Source of the DNA: Candidatus Zixiibacteriota bacterium
Lineage (GTDB): Bacteria; Zixibacteria; MSB-5A5; GN15; FEB-12
DNA: 64,000 bases
Direction: 5' to 3'
NCBI GenBank assembly: GCA_022571845.1
Contig: JACZXB010000001.1
Location: 459,037-523,036, forward strand
The position numbers were made by a program, and so were the translations under genes. Of the stretch, positions 1-10,600 are shown piece by piece (positions within the stretch are counted from its first letter, which is position 1; each line of letters opens with the position of its first letter). Below the pieces are notes generated by a model that was not told the DNA's origin, did not search any database, and worked only from the letters and a program-made list of their open reading frames with translations.

Positions 1-74
1 CTCCACATCAGAAATATTCCCAGTAGAAATACTGCTATAAATAAAACAAAGTTCTCCGGCGAAGCAAATCTCAT
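1..74 (-). CDS. 5' end of a BatB-like membrane/VWA protein (partial, runs off the window)
   Basis: ATG at 74..72 is preceded by AGGAAAG. It encodes MRFASPENFVLFIAVFLLGIFLMW, a TM N-terminus. Its position directly after batA fits Bat operon order. Confidence 0.4.
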   Translation of the reverse strand, partial: MRFASPENFVLFIAVFLLGIFLMW

Positions 75-86
75 TCTACTCTTTCC

Positions 87-1133
87 TCATGGTAGTTTCC
101 TGAAGACGGTGTGACCCATAAGCAGCTCCAGCATCAAAAAGAACATGCCTGCGAAACCAAAATACTGAAACAGTTCCCGGTACTGGACATGTGATGCGAT
201 TTCGATTTCGGTCGTTTCGAGATCGTCTATTATTGAATAAATCTTTTCCAGCTGCTCGCCGGAACGGGCCCGGAAATACTTGCCACCGGTGCGAGCTGCA
301 ATCTCTTTGAGCGATTCTTCGTCAATACGAGTTGGCTGATAAACATATCGCTTTCCGAAAATCGGGTCTTGATAAGGGAACATAGCATTACCCGGTTTGC
401 CGGCGCCGATAGTGTAAATTTTGATATCAAAAGCCTGAGCTAAATTTGCGGCTGTAATTGGGTCGATCTCTCCGGCATTGTTGTCGCCGTCGGTCAGGAG
501 TACTATAATTTTTGATTCCGAGGTAGACTCGCGCAGGCGGTTTACGGCATTGGCAATGGCCATGCCGATGGCAGTACCGTCTTCTACCATACCAAAATCT
601 ACCTGATCAATGAAACTGAGGAGAACGCCATAGTCTGTGGTTAAGGGACATTGCGTAAATGAATGGCGGGCAAATACTACCAGACCGATGCGGTCATTGA
701 CCCGTCTGTGGACGAATTTTTTCATCTCTTCTTTTGAGACATAAAGGCGATTGTGAGGTTTAAAATCTTCGGCCTGCATAGACGAAGATACATCCAGGCA
801 CATCATAATATCGATACCTTCGGACTTTACTTCGTGGTATTCGGTGCCCGACCTTGGACGTGCCAGAGCTACTATTAATAAAACGAGAGCCGCCATTCGA
901 GAAGCAGTCAATAGAAAGCGGAATTTCTGTTTAGTAGTACGACCGGCGCGTTTGACAATTTTTACGTCCGAGTACATGATGGTAGCGGACTTTACTCGGC
1001 GATATTTGAAATGATACCAGAGCATAAGTATCAAAAGCAGCAGACCAGAAATGAAAATCGCTAAAGCCGGTATGGTGGTACTGTACTTTTCAAGCAGAGA
1101 AAAACTTAATCCCGCGAATTCCCAGAAATTCAT
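87..1133 (-). CDS. batA: VWA-domain membrane protein, BatA-like
   Basis: N-terminal TM helices are followed by a VWA fold with the MIDAS motif CLDVSSSM and LLTDGDNN. The start overlaps the upstream gene by ATGA. The neighbours are moxR and DUF58. Confidence 0.85.
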   Translation of the reverse strand: MNFWEFAGLSFSLLEKYSTTIPALAIFISGLLLLILMLWYHFKYRRVKSATIMYSDVKIVKRAGRTTKQKFRFLLTASRMAALVLLIVALARPRSGTEYHEVKSEGIDIMMCLDVSSSMQAEDFKPHNRLYVSKEEMKKFVHRRVNDRIGLVVFARHSFTQCPLTTDYGVLLSFIDQVDFGMVEDGTAIGMAIANAVNRLRESTSESKIIVLLTDGDNNAGEIDPITAANLAQAFDIKIYTIGAGKPGNAMFPYQDPIFGKRYVYQPTRIDEESLKEIAARTGGKYFRARSGEQLEKIYSIIDDLETTEIEIASHVQYRELFQYFGFAGMFFLMLELLMGHTVFRKLP

Positions 1134-2164
1134 AGACTACCCTCTTCGACATTAGCTGGCTGCTTATCAGGAGTATCAAGCGGTTCCTGCTCTGACTCTT
1201 TTTGAAACTCTCGCCTGATCAGTTCAATAAAATCGTGTGCATAAACAAAATCTGCATCAGCGCGCTCAGTTCGAGGAATATATTTGGCGAATTTTACAAA
1301 ATCGGCATGGTCAAAAAACTCTTTAAGTTCTTGTTCTGCATCGGTCGGTAAGCCTGTGCTCATGTAAATACAGAAAAATTCTTCGGTAGTCATATCAACA
1401 ATATTTCTGGCGTACATCCGTCCAAGATAAGCTCTGAGAATGTCAGTAAGTTCCAGATAGAAGGCTTTGAACTTGTTTTCATCAATAAGTTTTTTCTGTT
1501 CCAATATTGCCAGTTTTTCAAATGCAATTTCCCAGGCCGAGCGCAGGTCAATAAATTCAGTTTCACCTTTGCCTCGCAGCTTTCTCCAGAGCAAAAAGCC
1601 GGCTAAGACAAGAATTAAAAATGCCAGAGCCCCCCAGATAAAATACCTGGTATAATTCCTTTCAAATTCGTACTGCGCTTTAAGAGGTTTTATATCGAGT
1701 GAGTCATCGGTATTAAGCAAGAGCGACTGTACTTTTATCAGCACAGACTCAGATAGGATAACTTTTCTGGTGCCGTCTTGGAATTCAAATACCATCGGAA
1801 TAGGCGGTATCAGGTAGTTTCCGGTAGTAAAAGTGCTTAAGACAAACCTGTTTTCGCTTTTGATTCTGCCGCCCCGAAGTCTGGTAGTAATATCTGTTTC
1901 ATAATCTTTGACATCGAAAGCTCCCAGATTGGCACCCAGCGGCGGCGGCAGAAGTTCTATGCTGCTATCGTATTCAATCGTGACTGTATAGTTTATCAGA
2001 TCGCCGACATACATTTCAGCGCGGTCAACCGCTGTTACGATTTCGATACCTGTTATTGAAGCAACAGTATCAACTTCTTCTGCTGCTCTCGGACAAGTTG
2101 AAGTCATTGCTGTTAATAGAATCAGCAGGGAGGCACGCATTATTTTACCCACGGCTAACAGCAT
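1130..2164 (-). CDS. Membrane protein with an exported beta-rich N-domain, one central TM and a helical C-domain (BatD/DUF4381-like)
   Basis: It has a signal-like N-terminus, a central TM (YFIWGALAFLILVLAGFLLW) and a helical tail. It lies between DUF58 and batA, as in Bat operons. Confidence 0.5.
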   Translation of the reverse strand: MLLAVGKIMRASLLILLTAMTSTCPRAAEEVDTVASITGIEIVTAVDRAEMYVGDLINYTVTIEYDSSIELLPPPLGANLGAFDVKDYETDITTRLRGGRIKSENRFVLSTFTTGNYLIPPIPMVFEFQDGTRKVILSESVLIKVQSLLLNTDDSLDIKPLKAQYEFERNYTRYFIWGALAFLILVLAGFLLWRKLRGKGETEFIDLRSAWEIAFEKLAILEQKKLIDENKFKAFYLELTDILRAYLGRMYARNIVDMTTEEFFCIYMSTGLPTDAEQELKEFFDHADFVKFAKYIPRTERADADFVYAHDFIELIRREFQKESEQEPLDTPDKQPANVEEGSL

Positions 2165-2219
2165 TTTCTATTTGATAAATTAAGCAGGATTATCAAAACT
2201 GCATTAATACGAAAGTTCA

Positions 2220-3095
2220 TTAGTGACGTTTCTCCCTCATCTTAAAGAAATTAATAAGTGGAGAAATATATGACTGGTCGGTGCGGATATTGATAAAGTC
2301 CAGGTTGATTGCCCTGAACCCTTTTTTCAGTCCGGCCACATCTTCTGCGGACTGAGCAGCAAACTCTTTTCGAAATTCTTTCGAACCGGTATCTATTATC
2401 AGCACTTCACCGGTCTCGGCATCTTCCAGTTCGATAAGTCCGACATTCTCAAAAGTTATCTCACGCGGGTCAGAAACTTTTATGGCTATGATATCATGTT
2501 TGTTGTTTGCTATCTGAAGCGGCTTGGTAAAGCCTTCAGACAGAAAATCCGAAACAAGAAAAACTACCGACTTGCGCCGGATTACTTTGTTAAAGTATTC
2601 CAGGGCAGCTGCGATGTTTGTGCCTTTCCCTTGTGGCTTGAAATAAAGAATCTCCCGTATTATGCGCAGCACGTGTGCCCGTCCTTTTTTAGGAGGCACA
2701 AATATCTCTATCTGGTCAGTAAAAATAATCAAGCCGACTTTGTCATTATTCTTAATTGCAGAAAAGGCCAGCAACGCTCCCAGCTCCGCGGCAGTTTCGT
2801 TTTTGAATCTATCACGGGTTCCGAATTGTCCCGAAGATGACACATCAATCAGCAAAATAACCGTTAGCTCCCGCTCTTCTCTGAATTTCTTGATATAAGG
2901 TAGTCCCATGCGGGCAGTTACGTTCCAGTCAATCAGGCGGACATCGTCCCCCGGTTCATACTGGCGAACTTCCTCAAACTCCATCCCCTGTCCCTTGAAA
3001 GTTGAATGGTACTCGCCGCTAAAAAGTTCGTTAACTAATTTCTTGGTCCGAATCTCTATCCGGCGGATCTTTTTGATTACTTCTTTGGGGAGCAT
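2220..3095 (-). CDS. DUF58 domain protein (MoxR partner)
   Basis: The hallmark EFEEVRQYEPGDDVRLIDWNVTAR is present, with a VWA-like LIDVSSS. It lies immediately downstream of moxR. Confidence 0.85.
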   Translation of the reverse strand: MLPKEVIKKIRRIEIRTKKLVNELFSGEYHSTFKGQGMEFEEVRQYEPGDDVRLIDWNVTARMGLPYIKKFREERELTVILLIDVSSSGQFGTRDRFKNETAAELGALLAFSAIKNNDKVGLIIFTDQIEIFVPPKKGRAHVLRIIREILYFKPQGKGTNIAAALEYFNKVIRRKSVVFLVSDFLSEGFTKPLQIANNKHDIIAIKVSDPREITFENVGLIELEDAETGEVLIIDTGSKEFRKEFAAQSAEDVAGLKKGFRAINLDFINIRTDQSYISPLINFFKMREKRH

Positions 3096-3104
3096 GGTGG
3101 ATCT

Positions 3105-4094
3105 TTAGGGAACCTCGACTGCGTCAAAAATCTTATTTACGATATCATCACTCTTTATTTCTTCCGCTTCGGCTTCATAAGAAACGATAATCCGGTGTCT
3201 CAATATATCATGCCCGATTGCCTTAATATCTTCCGGTGTTATATAGCCTCGTCCCTTTAAGAAAGCATGAGCTTTGGCTGCAAGATTGAGGAATATAGAG
3301 GCACGTGGCGAGGCACCATAGGCAATGAGATCGGTTAAATCATCGAGTCCGTACTTGGCCGGTTCGCGCGAAGCAAAAACAATGTTTACAATATATTCTT
3401 TAACTTTGTCATCAACATAAATGTCCCGGATTACGTCACGGGCTCTGAGAATATCTTTGGGCTTGATAACTTTCTTGGCCGTTGGAACCTCTTTGACAGT
3501 ATAGCGATCCATAATTTCGCGCTCTTCGGTCGGTGAGGGATAGTCAATCTTGACCATCAGCATAAACCTGTCTATCTGCGCTTCCGGTAGCGGGTAAGTG
3601 CCTTCCTGCTCTATCGGGTTTTGCGTGGCCAGGACTAAGAACGGGTCATCCAGTTTATGAGTTTCGCCGCCTATGGTAACCTGTCTTTCCTGCATAGCTT
3701 CCAGGAGTGCTGACTGAACTTTGGCAGGAGCGCGGTTTATTTCATCGGCCAGAATTATGTTGGCAAAAATAGGTCCCTTTTTGACGGTAAACTGGGAAGT
3801 TTTCGGATTGTAGACCATGGTGCCGATCAGGTCAGCCGGTAAAAGATCAGGCGTGAACTGGATCCGCCGAAATTTTGCGTCTATGGTATCGGACAAAGTC
3901 TGAACAGCCAGAGTCTTGGCCAGCCCCGGCACTCCTTCTATGAGGATGTGGCCGTTGGCCAGAACACCGATTAAGAGTCTTTCAATCAGAATCTTCTGAC
4001 CCACTATTACTTGGCTCATCTGTTCTGTCAGTTGTTTGACAAACACAGATTCCTTCTCAACTTGTTTTTGAATCTGTTCAATATCAGTATGCAT
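3105..4094 (-). CDS. moxR: MoxR-family AAA+ ATPase
   Basis: Walker A is GVPGLAKT. Walker B and sensor read ILADEINRAPAKVQSALLEAMQERQVT. The length of 329 aa is typical. Confidence 0.9.
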   Translation of the reverse strand: MHTDIEQIQKQVEKESVFVKQLTEQMSQVIVGQKILIERLLIGVLANGHILIEGVPGLAKTLAVQTLSDTIDAKFRRIQFTPDLLPADLIGTMVYNPKTSQFTVKKGPIFANIILADEINRAPAKVQSALLEAMQERQVTIGGETHKLDDPFLVLATQNPIEQEGTYPLPEAQIDRFMLMVKIDYPSPTEEREIMDRYTVKEVPTAKKVIKPKDILRARDVIRDIYVDDKVKEYIVNIVFASREPAKYGLDDLTDLIAYGASPRASIFLNLAAKAHAFLKGRGYITPEDIKAIGHDILRHRIIVSYEAEAEEIKSDDIVNKIFDAVEVP

Positions 4095-4126
4095 CAGACC
4101 TCCGGAAGTAGTTTATCAATAAATCC

Positions 4127-5014
4127 CTATATACTCTCTAAAAATTTTCTAATCTCGTTCTCCAGACGAACTGTTTCGCCTACAGAGGCCACAGCAGGTC
4201 TGAATTTATCTTTTTGGGCTCTGACAATCCAGCCCTTAATCTGTCTCTTACGAGTCTCATCAAGATTTGTGTCAGCAAAAGCTGTTTCAATTTCTGCTTC
4301 AGATTTTCCGGCTGTCTCAATCCGGTAGTTTTCTTTTGAAAATTTTGTTAACAGCCTGTAAACACCAGCCTGAAATTTCTTAAAATCTGTCCCGGAATCT
4401 TCTTTGACTTTGGCCAACTCCTGCAAGGCAATTTGTACTGGTGTGAAGACTTCTTCTTCTATTCCGCCACCCTTAATTAAAAAGAAAGCTGCGGCCACAC
4501 CGCCAATCAACAGAAAGCCCCCCATTGCTAAGAACCAGAGCGGGAAACTTTCAGATTCTTCTACAATTATCGGGTCGGCAACATTAATGATAACAGGCTC
4601 GGTCAATAGCTGACCTCGACTTGAGTCCGGCAAGCTTATAAAACTTATTACAATCGGGTCAATTTTGGCTGAGCCGCTTGAGGTAGGTAGCAGAGTATAG
4701 CTGAATTTTTTTATAGTCTTTTCACTGTTTCCGGTCCCGGTCGAATTAATAGATGACGAAAATTGGCGTACTTTTAGTCTGTCGAAGTAAGGATTTAAGG
4801 GGCCTTCGAAGAGATAGGCAAACTGCGATCCTACCCACTCGAGTCTGATTTCAAAAATCAGGCTGTCTTCAAATTTCATCTCCGTCTTGTTTATTGACTG
4901 TGACAAGCCAATAGCCAGAGCGGTTGCATTTGAAAGCAAAAAGATTATTGAAAGCAGGGCTGCAAATATGAACAGAGCCAGGCTGATTTTGAGCGGTTTG
5001 GTTTTAATTCTCAT
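4127..5014 (-). CDS. Membrane protein (exported beta domain + TM + cytoplasmic helical tail), first gene of the MoxR operon
   Basis: It has a signal/TM N-terminus, a central TM (FPLWFLAMGGFLLIGGVAAAFFLI), and the same architecture as ORF 1130..2164. Confidence 0.45.
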   Translation of the reverse strand: MRIKTKPLKISLALFIFAALLSIIFLLSNATALAIGLSQSINKTEMKFEDSLIFEIRLEWVGSQFAYLFEGPLNPYFDRLKVRQFSSSINSTGTGNSEKTIKKFSYTLLPTSSGSAKIDPIVISFISLPDSSRGQLLTEPVIINVADPIIVEESESFPLWFLAMGGFLLIGGVAAAFFLIKGGGIEEEVFTPVQIALQELAKVKEDSGTDFKKFQAGVYRLLTKFSKENYRIETAGKSEAEIETAFADTNLDETRKRQIKGWIVRAQKDKFRPAVASVGETVRLENEIRKFLESI

Positions 5015-5110
5015 TAGCGATTCTGTTTATAACTCAATTTCCTCAATTTGATCACAAATCAGTATTATAAAAGGCTTATACTCGATTGCACGGCATAGGT
5101 TTCACCATTT

Positions 5111-5959
5111 TCAGCGAGCCACTATTAATGCCACAATTCCCAGCAGCATGCCGGCTTTGAGACCTATTGAGCCCATTCTCAGCATTCTGCGGCTGGGATT
5201 ACCCCAGATGGAAATTAAAAGGAGCAATAAAGGCAGGTCAATTATGTAAATAGTCAGTATCTCGTAAGCCTTTCCGAACCAGCCGGCAATGATGGGTATG
5301 AATGTTAAGACAACCATGATGAAAAACAGAATAAGCACCGCCAGCACAGCTCTGGATTCTCCAACTACCTGGGGAAATGTCCTGATTCCCACCCGCCTGT
5401 CACCTTCGATATCCTCAACGTCCTTCAATATTTCTCTGGCCAGATGAAAGAAAAAGGCAAAAAGTGCCGGTATCATTGGTCCGGGCAATGCAAAAGTCAG
5501 CAGCTCATCTACTGCCAGCCCGCCTGTTAGAAAAGTGAGAGCGCCCAGTAGTGCGATTATCAAATTTCCAAATATAGGTATCTTCTTAGCCTTAAAATTG
5601 TAAAGTGCCAGCAAGGCAATTGCCAGAACAACCGCGGTTAACACCTGCCAGTTGATCGCCAGAGCGACGACTAATGCCAGTAGTGTCAAAGCTATGGCCA
5701 GTTTTGTTGCCGCACTTTTTGAAATATCACCAGCGGGCAGAACGCGTTTTGGCTGGTTGATCAGGTCAACGTCAATATCCACAATATCATTTACAACATT
5801 GCCGGCGGCACAAACGAGAAAAGCTGCAACCGCAGACATTACCGGCGCATAATAGACTGTTGACGTCCAGGTGAAATATGCGCCAATTAAGACTGCCGAA
5901 GCTGCAATGATGCAGTTTATAGCGCGAATAAGTTTTAGATAATCCAGGAAAGCCCACAT
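5111..5959 (-). CDS. UbiA-family prenyltransferase (DGGGP-synthase-like size and motifs)
   Basis: The protein is polytopic. The first Asp-rich motif is NDIVDIDVDLINQPKRVLPAG and the second is KDVEDIEGDRRVG. Length is 282 aa. Confidence 0.8.
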   Translation of the reverse strand: MWAFLDYLKLIRAINCIIAASAVLIGAYFTWTSTVYYAPVMSAVAAFLVCAAGNVVNDIVDIDVDLINQPKRVLPAGDISKSAATKLAIALTLLALVVALAINWQVLTAVVLAIALLALYNFKAKKIPIFGNLIIALLGALTFLTGGLAVDELLTFALPGPMIPALFAFFFHLAREILKDVEDIEGDRRVGIRTFPQVVGESRAVLAVLILFFIMVVLTFIPIIAGWFGKAYEILTIYIIDLPLLLLLISIWGNPSRRMLRMGSIGLKAGMLLGIVALIVAR

Positions 5960-5997
5960 CTAAAAAGAATAGAACCGGCAGATGTTACAGTCAACTT

Positions 5998-7638
5998 TCA
6001 AATGTCCGAAGAGAGTTCTATGGAGAGCCGGGGCTGGTCGAATCCGGCCTGCGGTTCCCATCCCAGCGACAACAGCACAGAGCGCAGATTAGTGCCGACA
6101 CCAAGACCAAGTCCGTAGCTCCATTTAAAATCTTCAACAGTTTCAATTTCCCCGCTTTGAACCATCATCCTGTTGTTCAGATAGGCCGCATCGTAAAAAA
6201 GAAAGCCGAATCCTGAGCCAAATCTAAGCCTCGGTTCAATTGTTCCGTAAACAGTCCTGATTGCTGCAAACTGTTCGTTGCGATAACCGCGGAGAGTCCC
6301 AGGTCCGCCTATCAAGATTAACTCTGAGAGGGGGGGTAGATCTTCTTTGGTTTCCAATCCCTGGTATCGAATTTTGCTGTACCAGATAAAATGTCCTGCA
6401 AACTTTCGGAAAATAGAAACCGAGAAATTGTTGCGCGTTTCGTAAAATGACCTCTGCTTGATAAATTCTGGTAGGTTATCAGACACATATTTTCTGAATC
6501 TGAAATCAATCGCCCAGTTAACAGCTAAACCGTCTACGGGATTAAAAGAAGCCGGCTTGGTTCGCTTTGAAAGCGCCAGCTGTCCGCTGACGGCTCTGTA
6601 ATTCAGATTCCCAGTTTCGGGAATAACAGATTTCCAGCCCAATTTAATGCCGGTAGTGAAACTGCTGTTTAACCGGGTAGCATAGCCAGCTGCTATATCA
6701 AACTCGTAGAATTCATCCCGGTAGTTTCTTGTCAGGACTTCAAACTTCAGTTCTCCGGTTCCTGCCATAAACGAAGGCTGACTATACTGCACACGAAGCA
6801 GATTCCGCCCGCTCTCTCTTTTTTCAGAAACAATTTCCACTCTCTTACCTGAACCGAACAAATTATTTATGGCCAGATCAATAGACCAGACAGCATTGTT
6901 TTCTTCTCCTGAAATTCCGGCGGCGCCTTTGAAACTGACAGGAGTTTGCTCCAGAAAGTTAAAGACAATATCCGATACGGTATAACCCGGCCGTGGAGCC
7001 AGCTTTAGAGGCGGCTTGAAAGTCAAAAAAGGCACATTTCCTGCTGCTGTTTCGGCTTGCTTGATGAGTGCCGGCGTGACGTTTTTGCCGGCCAAATTGG
7101 GAACATATTTTGAGATTATGTCGGGGTCGGTTCTCGTAAGTCCGGCGTAGATTTGTTGGCCGATTTCAACCAGCGGCCCCATATTTATATTCAGCTCAAG
7201 CGACACCAGGCTGTCTTGAATTGATATATCTTTTGTTTCGGCTGAAACATAAAGATAGCCCTGGTCTCTAAATTTCTGTAGTTGATGATTGATTGCAAGG
7301 CTGACACTGGCGCTGTCAAAAGGAATATGTATGTCGTCTGTCTGCTGATTCGAGTCGGCTATTAAGATAATCTTTGAGACAAAATATTTGCTGCCTGCCC
7401 GAATAATTAAGTTGCCGCTTTTTATTTCGATGGCAGCATCTATATAGCCGCGACCGACCAGGTCAGTTACTATCGAATCCAGCAGCGCAAACGAAGGGTC
7501 AGGCGAACTCTCAACTGCCTTTTTTATTTCTCCGCTGTTCTCTGGTACTCTGCCCTCGAAAAGCAGTTCAACCGACTGCGCAGATTCAACAATAAGCGCA
7601 GTCAGAACATACACTATGAAAAATAGTCGTACAAACAT
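5998..7638 (-). CDS. Omp85/BamA-TamA family outer-membrane protein
   Basis: It has a signal peptide and a C-terminal barrel with GGPGTLRGYRNEQF, FLFYDAAYL and SYGLGLGV. It overlaps the upstream barrel gene by 1 nt. Confidence 0.65.
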   Translation of the reverse strand: MFVRLFFIVYVLTALIVESAQSVELLFEGRVPENSGEIKKAVESSPDPSFALLDSIVTDLVGRGYIDAAIEIKSGNLIIRAGSKYFVSKIILIADSNQQTDDIHIPFDSASVSLAINHQLQKFRDQGYLYVSAETKDISIQDSLVSLELNINMGPLVEIGQQIYAGLTRTDPDIISKYVPNLAGKNVTPALIKQAETAAGNVPFLTFKPPLKLAPRPGYTVSDIVFNFLEQTPVSFKGAAGISGEENNAVWSIDLAINNLFGSGKRVEIVSEKRESGRNLLRVQYSQPSFMAGTGELKFEVLTRNYRDEFYEFDIAAGYATRLNSSFTTGIKLGWKSVIPETGNLNYRAVSGQLALSKRTKPASFNPVDGLAVNWAIDFRFRKYVSDNLPEFIKQRSFYETRNNFSVSIFRKFAGHFIWYSKIRYQGLETKEDLPPLSELILIGGPGTLRGYRNEQFAAIRTVYGTIEPRLRFGSGFGFLFYDAAYLNNRMMVQSGEIETVEDFKWSYGLGLGVGTNLRSVLLSLGWEPQAGFDQPRLSIELSSDI

Positions 7639-10600
7639 CAGAATTGTGCCACCACTTCTGTTCGTCCGGTTATGCGGGCAGTAGTTTTATCTGAGTGACG
7701 CCCGCTCAGCCTCAGATTAATACGCATATCTTTCTTGATGCCATAGTTAAACGCGGCAGTCCACAAAATTCCTCTGCTGCCGAATTTGTTGCCTGTCAGC
7801 TGATATGACGGAGCCAAGTTTACGTTATCAAGGCTCTGGGCGTAAAGTTCCAGAGAAGTTCTTATCTCTCCTTTTTTCATCATTCGGATTTTAATTTTTG
7901 TTTCAATTGAGAAGATTTCTGATTTTTCATTAATGGATGACTGCGCCTTGCGAAATGACAGACCTAGCGCATATTCGTTTGAAGAGGCTAACTTGCGCAG
8001 TGTCAGCGCACTTTTGAAACCGTCGATATCTCCGCTGCCTATGAAATAATTATCGCGGTTGCTGCGGAACAATTTTATTTCCTCGACGAAAAAATAATCC
8101 TTTAAGGTTTGCTTCAGAGAAAGAGTCCCGTCAAAATCGCGCCTGATTCTGTCGACACCCGCGATATTTCTAATTTCGATTCTCTGCTTGAGACTAATAT
8201 TGATCACATGGCCGCTTTTTATTTGTATAAGGCGGATGTCGCTGCTGTGGCGACGGTTGTAGACCAGATAAGGCTGAGCGTCGTCTGAATAAAAAGGCAG
8301 AAACCACCAGAATGTGCGTTGACCGTTTTCCAGTAATTCTTCTTCGACTACGCTGTTCAGCTGAATTTGAGCAAACGACCAACTCTTGCTTAAGTGAAAA
8401 CTCTTTTCACCCCGGCGTACTTTTGACTTTTCAGACAGGATTTCCTCCGTCTGAATAAAGTTACCGTCCGGGTCAGGCAGGTAGCGGCCGTTTTCGAAGA
8501 TATACTTGCCCTGGCCGGGTGCAACCTCCAGATAAGTAATACCCCGGGCGTTCCTGGTTTCTTCCGAAAGTGTATAAGAAGAACTTATACTGAGCCTCTT
8601 TTTATTATTAGTGTAGCGCCAGTCGGCTCTCGACAAAAACGACTCCTCTCTGGCGTTTTCCCGGGAGAGCCATTGATAGCCAAGATAAACATTATAATTA
8701 AGGCGGCCGATTGTCCGCCCGGATGACCCAATCAGACGGTTTCTGGTCATCAGCTGCGACCAGCCGTTAGTTAAAGAATCTTCGGTATAATACTCGACTG
8801 TTACTTTTTCTTTGCTGTTTAAGAGCGTGGCAGCGTACCTGTCGTATTTCAAGCCTTGTGGAGCGACATTGTAATCGTTGTTTCTGCTGTCATGCTCATA
8901 TCTTGCCTGAAATTTCAGTTTTCGTATTATAGGAATTTCTAAGTTACTGATATAGCTTTGTGAATTACCGGCGGAGATTGTGCCGTCGGTTAATCTTGAT
9001 TTCGTAGCTCTTATGAGAAAGCTCCCCGATAGCAGATTTTCAAATTCGATATCAGTTTTGACCGTGATTTTATTGGCAGAGAAGTTGTTATCATAATTGA
9101 GTCTTCCATAAGATGGTGACAGTTTTAAAAAACTAAATGGCGAGAGCGTTGCATTGGTTTCTATTAATCTTTCATCACTGTCCGCCTTAAACGCTTTTGG
9201 CAATAAGTAATGACGGCCGAAATCTGCTGGGTTGATTCTTGAATCTGAAGAATATGCAGCCTCTTTGAAACGGGCCGTGACAGACAGATTGTTCTCCTGT
9301 CCGTTCCAGTTAAAAGTCTTTCTGGAGCGGAGATTCGCCAGTAGTCCTTCGTTGTCAGAATCGTCAAGCGCAGAAAACTGATTCTTGTCGTAGCGTGAAA
9401 AGTTTATTTCGGCCTGTACCTCGCCGACAATTCTGTTTTGCAGGCCCAGACTGGCAGAGTAATAATTTTTTTGCTCTGGTGCGGACAGCTTTACTACTGG
9501 CAGATACTCCCCCTTGCCACTGCCGGCATATTGGTACTGCTCTCCCCCGACAAATAGATAATCCCCTTGTCCTGCGCCAACATACGAAAAGGAAATTTTA
9601 TAGTCGCCGTTGCCCTGACCTGCAAATTGGTAAAGGCTATCCGGTAAACTGTCTGTTACCAGCAGGTAACTTCCGGCGCTGTCCAATAAGACCCCAGACC
9701 TAAAAGCGTTTTCAATATTGTCACCAACCGCAGAGAGCAGTTGTAAGTCAGAGTTTGATAGTTCTCCTGTTTGAGGCTGGTCTTTGGAGTCACCTTCGCG
9801 ATACCATTCTACGGCAAAATTAAAAACAGAGTCGCCATATTGGTAGCTGCTGGCGGCGCTGAAGAGCTCTGTTTTATAGGCTGTTAGCAGCGGTTCATAG
9901 TCAATTTCTATTCTGCTGCGACTGTCTATTTGATTTTTGACTGAAAATGTAATTCTTCCGCTGGCATAATCCATGGTGTAATCTTTGTCCGCACCCCTGC
10001 TAAGTTTTCGTCCGTCCAGCCAGATGTTTTCTGAATTTGGCACGATCGACGATGCGCTCTTGCTTGCTCCAATTTGATAGGGACCCTGAACGCCGTCCAG
10101 TCCGTTAAATGTCTCTGTCTGAAATCTTCCTTTGGGCCGACCTGCAACAGCGCTATAACTGAAGTTGCCAGTTTTCAGGTCTGCGGCAACCCCCGACAGT
10201 TGTTTATTCATCCACTGAGATTTACGAAATCCTCGACTAATTTGAATATCACCAATCTGCGCCAGAAAAGACCGGGACTCGAGCCTGAGATTTATCTTAT
10301 CCAGTTCCTCAAGGCGGCTGTTGGCCGTACCGTACGAGGGATTAAAGCCGCGGTCAGATATTGAACCTGATATTGTTAAGTTTTCTGTTAAGTCCCCGGC
10401 TATGTTCAAATCCAGCGATTGACCAAATTCTGAAACCCCGGCCGACTGCGTAGAGAACCGGAAAGTCTTGGCGCCGGAGATATTTATATCACTTAACTTC
10501 GCAGCCGAAGAAACGCTGCGATTATTAAACACACTCTCCGGTTTTGCTCTTGATAAAAGCGGCTGTATCTCCGGCGGCTGCTGGCCGAATGATTTTGCCA

